From NCBI GenBank assembly GCA_002269645.1, contig NIVC01001946.1:155304-219303 (forward strand): 64,000 nt of DNA, in the 5' to 3' direction. This document shows, in pieces, positions 9,010 to 20,500 of this stretch (the stretch's first letter is position 1; each line of letters starts with the position of its first letter). Below the pieces are notes generated by a model. That model was not told the origin of the DNA, did no database searches, and saw nothing but the letters and a program-made list of their open reading frames with translations. A program made the position numbers and the translations under genes. The stretch comes from Macrostomum lignano. Its lineage: Eukaryota.

Positions 9010-11211
9010 GTTTAAAGTTCTCAGCCAGGAAGCCAGCGCCAGTATAAAGTCCGGCGCTGAGAAGGATACAATTGGTTTAAGAGGAGGAGAGGCAATAAGA
9101 GTAACAGGTGAGAGTTTCTTACTCAGAGATTGAGTCAATTCTTCACCGCTGGCAAAGGACGGAACCAGAAGGATCTTACGTGTCAGACTGTCCGCTCTGA
9201 GTAGATCGATAGCCTCAGAGAGCAACTCTCGCCAGTGGTCTGTGCTGAGCAGCTCGTCCGGCAGGACCAGCACCGTTGACTGAGCGCATTGCCGGTTCCG
9301 CAGGGCAGCCGACCTCAGTAGGGATGGTAAGGCTGACAGTGAGTACTCATGTACCTCTGTGATTGCCGGCAGTTTGAGGCCCTCGAAAGGCTTTGGGCAG
9401 AGTACCAGGTTCCGGCAGTCCCTGCTGATGATGAGCGAAACAGGTTGCTCAAAGGTGCTGGGTGAGTCATTCAGATGCGGCCTGTGGCGTTCCGGACCAC
9501 CAGGGGAGTCTTCAGAGTCCGGCGATGGTAAGCGGCGTTTGGCAGGTGAAGCAGGCAGTCCCACCCGTGGAAGAGGCGGGGTCACAAAGAGGTCGTCAGC
9601 TGCCGACGTACAGCCGTTCTCAGGTGAGGCGACTTCGGTGGTCCCGCCTGCCGCCGGACTGCCGTCCGAAGCCGCACCCGCAGCCGCTGAGGGGTCGTTG
9701 CTGATCGTCGCATCGGCGCTCGCTGCCACGTCCCCGATGGTCGTCGCGCCGCCGTCCACTACCGAGTCGGCGTTGGTCTCCGTGCTCGTGCTTGCCGTGG
9801 GCTCATTGCTAGATGCTGCGATCGTGCTGGCTGTCGTGGTGTCGTTGTTGGAGCAGACGACCTCTGGGATCCTACGATGTTCGGCAGATTGGGCGCTCTC
9901 GTCGAGATCGACTGGTGCCATGCTTGCAGTCAGAGGGACTGCGGTGTTGGGAGTGGCTGTCTTGGTGGCACTGGGTGCAGATGGGGCCAGGGAAGCCCCG
10001 GTGGCACCGGTGTTGGGATCTTCGTGAGTCCAGCGGAAGGTCAAGTTGAATCGGCGGCCACGTTTGTGGTGTTGCGGGGGAATTCGATGAAAAAAGTTGG
10101 CCTGACAGTCGCCTGACATGGTCAGAAGACTGCCATGAAATAGATCGAGAGATAGACAAGGGGAGGTCGCTGACTTAGCTTTTAGCTCGAAGGTTCTGGT
10201 GCACCCGATTGACACTGAAGCGATGAAGGGTCGTTCGCCAAGCACGGCTTCGTCATCGGCATGCCAGCCGACGAATTGGGAGCCGTTCTGGTACACGTTG
10301 ACGAGGACCGAGTTGAAGCGCTTTCCTGTCGCAGTTTCGACGGACTCGAGTAGAGGTTGGAGCCCTGAGGGGATCGGCCCGTTTGATCGTAGTTGTCGAC
10401 CCGAGTAGCTGTAGTCAGGGCCGAACCAAGCAATCAGTCGTGGTTCCGGTCGTCCTGACGCTGAAGAATGCCGATAGGCTAGGGGAGCGACTTCCTTGGC
10501 CAGGAATGACTCCAGTCGATCCGCTTGGTTCTTTTGCAGAAAGAAATTGTTCAGGCTGACAGTTGACTCGTCATCTAGGTTCCAGAAGTCCGTGCCCTCC
10601 TGGCGCGGTTGAGATTCCTCCACCGAGGTCATGGTCGGTGCAGCAGCGGCAGGCGTAGCGAGTAGGTCAATAACAGAGGGGTCATTAGACAGAGAATTCA
10701 ACCGATCCAGAAATTTTGAGACGGTCGAGGCATCAAGTTTGCAGCGGAGGCCCACATGGTGGATGACTTGTCGCGCCACTGAGGCTAGATCTGGTGGTCC
10801 TTTGTCGTTACAGAGTTGTCGCAGTAGATTTTCAGACTCTTCGGTTGCCGCATCGTAGTGAGTCAGGATCTTCAGTAGTGAGCTCTCGATGTGGGCAACA
10901 TTCGCTGCCTGTAGGTCTTGTAGGAGTTTGTCGGACGCGAATGCAGGGCGAAAGGCCTGGTCCAGTGATCGTGCGGCTTGTTGAAGAGAGCCATAGGCCC
11001 GTTGTGGCTCGACAATAATAGATTCGATGACTGCCCGATGGTGGTAGCATCTCAGGAGTTTGTCCAAAAGCAGTCTGGCTTGTTTGGAGGCGTCATCCAG
11101 GTGTTCGTTCTTTCTAGGTTGTCTCCTGTTCTGTTTTTGGTAGTTACTGTTGTAGAACGTGCGACCTCTCCATCTCCTGGAGGGATTCTCCATAGTATGA
11201 TGCACGGGCAC
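9007..11211 (-). CDS. PLE ORF1 containing an AlkB-family (ALKBH2/ALKBH3-like) Fe(II)/2-oxoglutarate dioxygenase domain at about 10025-10520
   Basis: 734-aa intronless ORF with PRLIAWFG.DYSYSG, FNSVLVNVY, GWHADDE (HxD), IASVSIG..RTF, L..GSLL.M.G..Q..FFH.IP (distal His) and RFNLTFR (2OG-binding Arg). Confidence 0.92.
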   Translation of the reverse strand: MPVHHTMENPSRRWRGRTFYNSNYQKQNRRQPRKNEHLDDASKQARLLLDKLLRCYHHRAVIESIIVEPQRAYGSLQQAARSLDQAFRPAFASDKLLQDLQAANVAHIESSLLKILTHYDAATEESENLLRQLCNDKGPPDLASVARQVIHHVGLRCKLDASTVSKFLDRLNSLSNDPSVIDLLATPAAAAPTMTSVEESQPRQEGTDFWNLDDESTVSLNNFFLQKNQADRLESFLAKEVAPLAYRHSSASGRPEPRLIAWFGPDYSYSGRQLRSNGPIPSGLQPLLESVETATGKRFNSVLVNVYQNGSQFVGWHADDEAVLGERPFIASVSIGCTRTFELKAKSATSPCLSLDLFHGSLLTMSGDCQANFFHRIPPQHHKRGRRFNLTFRWTHEDPNTGATGASLAPSAPSATKTATPNTAVPLTASMAPVDLDESAQSAEHRRIPEVVCSNNDTTTASTIAASSNEPTASTSTETNADSVVDGGATTIGDVAASADATISNDPSAAAGAASDGSPAAGGTTEVASPENGCTSAADDLFVTPPLPRVGLPASPAKRRLPSPDSEDSPGGPERHRPHLNDSPSTFEQPVSLIISRDCRNLVLCPKPFEGLKLPAITEVHEYSLSALPSLLRSAALRNRQCAQSTVLVLPDELLSTDHWRELLSEAIDLLRADSLTRKILLVPSFASGEELTQSLSKKLSPVTLIASPPLKPIVSFSAPDFILALASWLRTLN
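9010..9016 (-). promoter_or_regulatory. putative -1 programmed ribosomal frameshift slippery heptamer U UUA AAC
   Basis: ORF1 ends ACT TTA AAC TAG, so the heptamer is in X XXY YYZ phase. The -1 frame reads FKLADYCRPPKLEGNILNLHPTFKLSESE into the RT, with no in-frame ATG before the conserved motifs. Confidence 0.7.
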
Positions 11212-11234
11212 TAGAGCAAGCTAGGCATAGGCAG

Positions 11235-12725
11235 GAGAGAGGTAGAGAGAGAGAGAAGAGAGGTCACGGCGTGTTTAAAAAAATCAAAGACTTAATTAAT
11301 TTAATATGGGCTACCGGTTTCGAGCCTCTGGGCTCTTCGTCAGGCCAAAAAATCTGTGTGTCATGCAATTTAAGTTGGTCTTTTAAGTATTATTTTTCTT
11401 AGTCTGATAGAATTGATGAGTAGTTGTACATATGAGGGATGTACATTTAAAACCCTGTTTTGCCTAGCTCTAACTTGTCCCAGAGGCTTTCCACCATTCA
11501 TTTTAAACGACAGTATATTTGTTATAAAAAATTGTTATTTCGAAGTACTATACGATATGCGATACTATACGATTAGATGAAATGCCGGTATTGGGGTAGG
11601 AGCATAAAAATCAATATTGAGCGTACAATTAAGCAGTTTGAATAAAATAAAATAAAATAAATGACACGTGAATAAATATTGTACTTTAATAGGGTGAAAA
11701 TAGCGCATTGGTTAAAATGATTAAATGTTTCCTGGCTGAGACTTGAACTTATTGGGAGCCAGGAGGCTCTGTAAGTTACGTTGCCGTGTAAAAGCGGGCA
11801 GTATGCGAGAGCCTGGTTTATTTTGTAGCTTATCAAAGTTTTTAGCAATCTCGTTGGCAAGCCAGACCGTAGATGGGTGAAAAGGAAGGACCATTGGGAT
11901 GGGTCGGAGAAGATGATTGTCGACCCTGATGTTCGTACCTGGCGGTTTGTCAGTCCCTAGTTTTTTAATCCAGATTTCTTCCCTTAGTTCGATTTTGTTG
12001 TTATTAAGAACTTGATCGATAGCAATGGAGACAAAGTTTGCAATTGAGTGATTGGGGGTGAGAAAGTGCTCTGACCCCGAAGTTACGACTCTCCTGTTAA
12101 TATTTGACCTGTGCTGGTTCATTCTATCTCTCATTGTTCTTCTAGTCATCCCTACATAGAAGATTTTCCCAGGGTGGCACTGGTTGCAGGAGATGCCATA
12201 GATGATGTTCTTGGAGCCACAGGACAGGCTCTGAGAGATTAAAAAACCAGAAGCCGGTTGCAGTCCCTGGGCGGAGAGAGCAGGCGGTGAGTGGGTGCAG
12301 CATTTGCAACGGGATGACCCACAGGGATGGAACCCTTTGGGAAGCAGACCCAGATTGGTCGTTGGTCCTGCAGTCCAGTTCATAAGTATGAGGACCTCCT
12401 TTTTGCAGTTTCTAAGAAAAATCTTCGAGTAGCCTAATTGCTTGAGTTCCGATTTTAAAGAATTGAAAGCACGGTTGAAAGACTTGTAGTCATCACAGAT
12501 TCGAGCGTACCGAAGGACTTGGGATTTTACTACCCCCTTGAAGGTGTGTGACGGATGGAAGGACTGTCGGTGCAACAATCTATGAGTGTCTGTTTCTTTT
12601 GAAAACAGTTGTGTTGTGAAGCGGTTTTCAGCTTTCCTGATGGTCATGTCAAGGAAACTGACCTCAGTTGATGAGGAGCTGACGGTGAGTTTGATGTTGG
12701 GGTTGATTGAATTTAGGTGTACAAC

Positions 12726-12730
<5 letters not shown>
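11235..12730 (-). repeat. PLE direct repeat, upstream 5'-truncated copy (RT thumb, GIY-YIG, 3' UTR) acting as pseudo-LTR
   Basis: Near-identical to 6294-7790; track ORF 11721..12647 equals the last 308 aa of the RT-GIY ORF. Confidence 0.95.
11309..11346 (-). ncRNA. minimal hammerhead ribozyme, copy 2
   Basis: Identical to 6368-6405; predicted cleavage about 100 nt upstream of the ORF1 start. Confidence 0.9.

Positions 12731-12788
<58 letters not shown>
12731..12788. repeat. (GA)n microsatellite flanking the PLE
   Basis: Pure GA run directly adjoining the truncated copy; a shorter GA run lies at about 6289-6300. Confidence 0.95.
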
Positions 12789-12791
<3 letters not shown>

Positions 12792-12919
12792 GATGCGGAG
12801 GCGCAGAGAACTTTATTTTCAAGTTGACCTCGATAGGCATAGCTACCTGAAAATTGTCGTGTTTGTTTCTCAATTGCTATTTTGTATTGACGTACATTCG
12901 GGATAGTTACAGTAGGTGA

Positions 12920-13447
12920 AGGTTAAGCTGTAGATTAGGTGAAGGCAGATTTGTAGATTAGGTGAAGGCATAAGTTTGTAGGTTAGGTAAAGGGAGGGTT
13001 GTAGGTTAGGTAAAGGGAGGGTTGTAGGTTAGGTAAAGGGAGGGTTGTAGGTTAGATGAAGGAGGGTTGTAGGTTAGGTGAAGGGAGGGTTGTAGGTTAG
13101 GTAAAGGGAGGGTTGTAGGTTAGATGAAGGAGGGTTGTAGGTTAGGTGAAGGAGGGTTGTAGGTTAGGTGAAGGAGGGTTGTAGGTTAGGTAAAGGGAGG
13201 GTTGTAGGTTAGGTGAAGGAGGGTTGTAGGTTAGGTGAAGGAGGGTTGTAGGTTAGGTGAAGGAGGGTTGTAGGTTAGGTGAAGGAGGGTTGTAGGTTAG
13301 GTGAAGGAGGGTTGTAGGTTAGGTGAAGGAGGGTTGTAGGTTAGGTGAAGGAGGGTTGTAGGATGAAGGAGGTGAAGGAGGGTTGTAGGTTAGGTGAAGG
13401 AGGGTTGTAGGTTAGGTGAAGGAGGGTTGCAGGTTAGGTGAAGGAGG
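12920..13447. repeat. 22-bp minisatellite GGTTAGGTGAAGGAGGGTTGTA
   Basis: About 23 tandem units read directly. Confidence 0.9.
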
Positions 13448-13724
13448 TCTTATCCAGCATAAAAAGCGAAGACCATTCAAAAGCTATTTTAAAAGTATAA
13501 GACAACGAAGGAGTTTGAAAGCTAACTTCCGCCTTTTACTTCGAAGTTATATATGCAACTTTCACCATAAATACTTTAGCATTGTTTACGATTTCGATTT
13601 AAATTGTTATACCAAAGGTCATAGAAAGCAGTAGGCGTTACCACTCAATGAAAAAAATTCAATTGATTTGAAATTACGTGTAAAAAGTAAGATATTGCAT
13701 TGCTAATATAACCTAAATAATTGG

Positions 13725-14030
13725 TGAATGTAATAGAATGGATTGCTAATCTAGCCAGCATCATGGATGAAGGAATAGAATGGATTGCTAATCTAGCCAG
13801 CATCATGGATGAAGGAATAGAATGGATTGCTAATCTAGCCAGCATTATTAATGGAGGAATATAATGGATTTCTAATCTAGCCAACATAATGGATAAAGGA
13901 ATAGAATGGATTGCTAATCTAGCCAGCATTATTAATGGAGGAATATAATGGATTTCTAATCTAGCCAACATAATGGATAAAGGAATAGAATGGATTGCTA
14001 ATCTAGCCAATATCATGGATTAAGGAATAG
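13725..14030. repeat. 42-bp minisatellite
   Basis: About 7 units of GAAGGAATAGAATGGATTGCTAATCTAGCCAGCATCATGGAT; 14-aa periodicity in the track ORF. Confidence 0.9.
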
Positions 14031-14523
14031 AACGCATTTACTTTGGCCTCTCCTTGAACTAGCATAAAATAATGGTGACCCTTTCCAAGAGCTTCAAGAG
14101 TCCCAAATCTAGATCGAGTCGCGGATCTGAAGACACAAAAGAGCCAGCCGCAATCCCAGCTCGGTGGAAATTTTGCATGGTAAATCAGATCCGCCCAGCC
14201 TGCCAAGCCGCTTGCCACAGAAACAGGACAAGCAGGCCGAATAATATCGTACCTTATTTTTAATAACTCTTTAAAAAATAGAATATACTTCCGGTCTTTT
14301 TTTCCTGTTGGATTTAAGTGCTTTTTGCAGCCGTATAAAAAGAATCTGCACGAATTTAACGCGACCCTCTTGTTACACTTATAAGATTTCGACGGTACTG
14401 CAGAAAAAATTGGTTAAAAATAATGGAAGCCCATGCAATGATTTAATTAAAAAAGGTTCTTTCTCGTGAAACGAGTACCAACTGCATATTGATTTAATTA
14501 ACTTTTTTCCAGAATACATCCGC

Positions 14524-17500
14524 CTTGACGCTACTGACACCCAATTTGACGCTACTGACACCCAACTTGATGCTACTGACACCCAACTTGACGCTACTGA
14601 CACCCAATTTGACGCTACTGACACCCAACTTGATGCTACTGACACCCAACTTGACGCTACTGACACCCAATTTGACGCTACTGACACCCAACTTGACGCT
14701 ACTGACACCCAATTTGACGCAAGTGACACCCAACTTGATGCTACTGACACCCAACTTGACGCTACTGACACCCAATTTGACGCTACTGACACCCAACTTG
14801 ATGCTACTGACACCCAATTTGACGCAAGTGACACCCAACTTGATGCTACTGACACCCAACTTGACGCTACTGACACCCAATTTGACGCTACTGACACCCA
14901 ACTTGATGCTACTGACACCCAACTTGACGCTACTGACACCCAACTTGACGCTACTGACACCCAACTTGACGCTACTGACACCCAATTTGATGCTACTGAC
15001 ACCCAACTTGATGCTACTGACACCCAACTTGACGCTACTGACACCCAATTTGATGCTACTGACACCCAATTTGATGCTACTGACACCCAACTTGAAGCTA
15101 CTGACACCCAATTTGACGCTACTGACACCCAATTTGACGCTACTGACACCCAACTTGACGCTACTGACACCAAACTCGAAGCTACTGACACCCAAACTGG
15201 AGCTACTGACACCCAATTTGACGCTACTGACACCCAATTTGATGCTACTGACACCCAACTTGAAGCTACTGACACCCAAACTGGAGCTACTGACACCCAA
15301 CTTGACGCTACTGACACCCAATTTGATGCTACTGACACCCAAACTGGAGCTACTGACACCCAACTTGAAGCTACTGACACCCAAACTGGAGCTACTGACA
15401 CCCAATTTGACGCTACTGACACCCAATTTGACGCTACTGACACCCAACTTGAAGCTACTGACACCCAACTTGACGCTACTGACACCCAATTTGATGCTAC
15501 TGACACCCAACTTGAAGCTACTGACACCCAAACTGGAGCTACTGACACCCAATTTGACGCTACTGACACCCAATTTGACGCTACTGACACCCAACTTGAT
15601 GCTACTGACACCCAACTTGATGCTACTGACACCCAACTTGATGCTACTGACACCCAACTTCATGCTACTGACACCCAACTTGAAGCTACTGACACCCAAA
15701 CTGGAGCTACTGACACCATATTTGACGCTACTGACACCCAATTTGACGCTACTGACACCCAACTTGAAGCTACTGACACCCAAACTGGAGCTACTGACAC
15801 CCAACTTGACGCTACTGACACCCAATTTGATGCTACTGACACCCAATTTGATGCTACTGACACCCAACTTGATGCTACTGACACCCAACTTGATGCTACT
15901 GACACCCAACTTGATGCTACTGACACCCAACTTGATGCTACTGACACCCAATTTGACGCTACTGACACCCAATTTGACGCTACTGACACCCAACTTGATG
16001 CTACTGACACCCAACTTGATGCTACTGACACCCAAAATTGATGCTACTGACACCCAAAATTGATGCTACTGACACCCAACTTGATGCTACTGACACCCAA
16101 CTTGATGCTACTGACACCCAATTTGACGCTACTGACACCCAATTTGACGCTACTGACACCCAACTTGAAGCTACTGACACCCAAACTGGAGCTACTGACA
16201 CCCAACTTGATGCTACTGACACCCAACTTGACGCTACTGACACCCAATTTGACGCTACTGACACCCAACTTGATGCTACTGACACCCAACTTGATGCTAC
16301 TGACACCCAAACTGGAGCTACTGACACCCAACTTGACGCTACTGACACCCAATTTGACGCTACTGACACCCAACTTGAAGCTACTGACACCCAATTTGAT
16401 GCTACTGACACCCAATTTGATGCTACTGACACCCAATTTGATGCTACTGACACCCAACTTGAAGCTACTGACACCCAATTTGACGCTACTAACACCCAAT
16501 TTGACGCTACTGACACCCAACTTGAAGCTACTGACACCCAAACTGGAGCTACTGACACCCAATTTGATGCTACTGACACCCAATTTGATGCTACTGACAC
16601 CCAACTTGAAGCTACTGACACCCAACTTGACGCTACTGACACCCAATTTGACGCTACTGACACCCAACTTGAAGCTACTGACACCCAAACTGGAGCTACT
16701 GACACCCAATTTGATGCTACTGACACCCAATTTGATGCTACTGACACCCAACTTGAAGCTACTGACACCCAACTTGACGCTACTGACACCCAATTTGACG
16801 CTACTGACACCCAACTTGAAGCTACTGACACCCAAACTGGAGCTACTGACACCCAATTTGACGCTACTGACACCCAATTTGACGCTACTGACACCCAACT
16901 TGATGCTACTGACACCCAACTTGACGCTACTGACACCCAATTTGATGCTACTGACACCCAACTTGAAGCTACTGACACCCAACTTGATGCTACTGACACC
17001 CAAACTGGAGCTACTGACACCCAATTTGACGCTACTGACACCCAATTTGACGCTACTGACACCCAACTTGATGCTACTGACACCCAACTTGATGCTACTG
17101 ACACCCAACTTGATGCTACTGACACCCAACTTGATGCTACTGACACCCAACTTGAAGCTACTGACACCCAAACTGGAGCTACTGACACCCAATTTGACGC
17201 TACTGACACCCAATTTGATGCTACTGACACCCAATTTGACGCTACTGACACCCAACTTGAAGCTACTGACACCCAAACTGGAGCTACTGACACCCAACTT
17301 GACGCTACTGACACCCAATTTGATGCTACTGACACCCAATTTGATGCTACTGACACCCAACTTGATGCTACTGACACCCAACTTGATGCTACTGACACCC
17401 AACTTGATGCTACTGACACCCAACTTGATGCTACTGACACCCAACTTGACGCTACTGACACCCAATTTGACGCTACTGACACCCAACTTGATGCTACTGA

Positions 17501-20500
17501 CACCCAACTTGATGCTACTGACACCCAAAATTGATGCTACTGACACCCAAAATTGATGCTACTGACACCCAACTTGATGCTACTGACACCCAACTTGATG
17601 CTACTGACACCCAATTTGACGCTACTGACACCCAATTTGACGCTACTGACACCCAACTTGAAGCTACTGACACCCAAACTGGAGCTACTGACACCCAACT
17701 TGATGCTACTGACACCCAACTTGATGCTACTGACACCCAACTTGACGCTACTGACACCCAATTTGACGCTACTGACACCCAACTTGATGCTACTGACACC
17801 CAACTTGATGCTACTGACACCCAAAATTGATGCTACTGACACCCAAAATTGATGCTACTGACACCCAACTTGATGCTACTGACACCCAAACTGAAGTTGC
17901 TGACACCCAAACTGAAGTTGCTGACACCCAAACTGAATTTGCTGACACTTGAACTGGAGCTACTGACACCCAAACTGGAGCTACTGACACCCAAACTGGA
18001 GCTACTGACACCCAACTTGATGCTACTGACACCCAACTTGATGCTACTGACACCCAACTTGACGCTACTGACACCCAATTTGACGCTACTGACACCCAAC
18101 TTGATGCTACTGACACCCAACTTGATGCTACTGACACCCAAAATTGATGCTACTGACACCCAAAATTGATGCTACTGACACCCAAAATTGATGCTACTGA
18201 CACCCAAAATTGATGCTACTGACACCCAACTTGATGCTACTGACACCCAAACTGAAGTTGCTGACACTTGAACTGGAGCTACTGACACCCAAACTGGAGC
18301 TACTGACACCCAAACTGGAGCTACTGACACCCAACTTGACGCTACTGACACCCAATTTGATGCTACTGACACCCAATTTGATGCTACTGACACCCAACTT
18401 GATGCTACTGACACCCAACTTGATGCTACTGACACCCAACTTGATGCTACTGACACCCAAAATTGATGCTACTGACACCCAAAATTGATGCTACTGACAC
18501 CCAACTTGATGCTACTGACACCCAAACTGAAGTTGCTGACACCCAAACTGAAGTTGCTGACACCCAAACTGAAGTTGCTGACACTTGAACTGGAGCTACT
18601 GACACCCAAACTGGAGCTACTGACACCCAAACTGGAGCTACTGACACCCAAACTGGAGCTACTGACACCCAAACTGAAGTTGCTGACACCCAAACTGAAG
18701 TTGCTGACACCCAAACTGAAGTTGCTGACACTTGAACTGGAGCTACTGACACCCAAACTGGAGCTACTGACACCCAATTTGATGCTACTGACACCCAATT
18801 TGATGCTACTGACACCCAACTTGAAGCTACTGACACCCAACTTGACGCTACTGACACCCAATTTGACGCTACTGACACCCAACTTGAAGCTACTGACACC
18901 CAAACTGGAGCTACTGACACCCAATTTGACGCTACTGACACCCAATTTGACGCTACTGACACCCAACTTGATGCTACTGACACCCAACTTGACGCTACTG
19001 ACACCCAATTTGATGCTACTGACACCCAACTTGAAGCTACTGACACCCAACTTGAAGCTACTGACACCCAAACTGGAGCTACTGACACCCAATTTGACGC
19101 TACTGACACCCAATTTGACGCTACTGACACCCAACTTGATGCTACTGACACCCAACTTGATGCTACTGACACCCAACTTGATGCTACTGACACCCAACTT
19201 GATGCTACTGACACCCAACTTGAAGCTACTGACACCCAAACTGGAGCTACTGACACCCAATTTGACGCTACTGACACCCAATTTGATGCTACTGACACCC
19301 AATTTGACGCTACTGACACCCAACTTGAAGCTACTGACACCCAAACTGGAGCTACTGACACCCAACTTGACGCTACTGACACCCAATTTGATGCTACTGA
19401 CACCCAATTTGATGCTACTGACACCCAACTTGATGCTACTGACACCCAACTTGATGCTACTGACACCCAACTTGATGCTACTGACACCCAACTTGATGCT
19501 ACTGACACCCAACTTGACGCTACTGACACCCAATTTGACGCTACTGACACCCAACTTGATGCTACTGACACCCAACTTGATGCTACTGACACCCAAAATT
19601 GATGCTACTGACACCCAAAATTGATGCTACTGACACCCAACTTGATGCTACTGACACCCAACTTGATGCTACTGACACCCAATTTGACGCTACTGACACC
19701 CAATTTGACGCTACTGACACCCAACTTGAAGCTACTGACACCCAAACTGGAGCTACTGACACCCAACTTGATGCTACTGACACCCAACTTGATGCTACTG
19801 ACACCCAACTTGACGCTACTGACACCCAATTTGACGCTACTGACACCCAACTTGATGCTACTGACACCCAACTTGATGCTACTGACACCCAAAATTGATG
19901 CTACTGACACCCAAAATTGATGCTACTGACACCCAACTTGATGCTACTGACACCCAAACTGAAGTTGCTGACACCCAAACTGAAGTTGCTGACACCCAAA
20001 CTGAATTTGCTGACACTTGAACTGGAGCTACTGACACCCAAACTGGAGCTACTGACACCCAAACTGGAGCTACTGACACCCAACTTGATGCTACTGACAC
20101 CCAACTTGATGCTACTGACACCCAACTTGACGCTACTGACACCCAATTTGACGCTACTGACACCCAACTTGATGCTACTGACACCCAACTTGATGCTACT
20201 GACACCCAAAATTGATGCTACTGACACCCAAAATTGATGCTACTGACACCCAAAATTGATGCTACTGACACCCAAAATTGATGCTACTGACACCCAACTT
20301 GATGCTACTGACACCCAAACTGAAGTTGCTGACACTTGAACTGGAGCTACTGACACCCAAACTGGAGCTACTGACACCCAAACTGGAGCTACTGACACCC
20401 AACTTGACGCTACTGACACCCAATTTGATGCTACTGACACCCAATTTGATGCTACTGACACCCAACTTGATGCTACTGACACCCAACTTGATGCTACTGA

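Larger units (their letters stand above)
6294..12730 (-). mobile_element. Penelope-like retroelement (Neptune-type) in partial-tandem (pseudo-LTR) arrangement, 4941-bp unit plus 1.5-kb 5'-truncated upstream copy
   Basis: PLE RT + GIY-YIG ORF; 6294-7790 is repeated at 11235-12730; both ends abut (GA)n; each repeat carries a hammerhead. Confidence 0.95.

Noticed and set aside
9007-11211. AlkB ORF as a host ALKBH gene or retrocopy that the PLE landed beside
   Set aside because: It lies inside the repeat-bounded unit, overlaps the RT frame at a slippery site and has non-ALKBH flanking domains.
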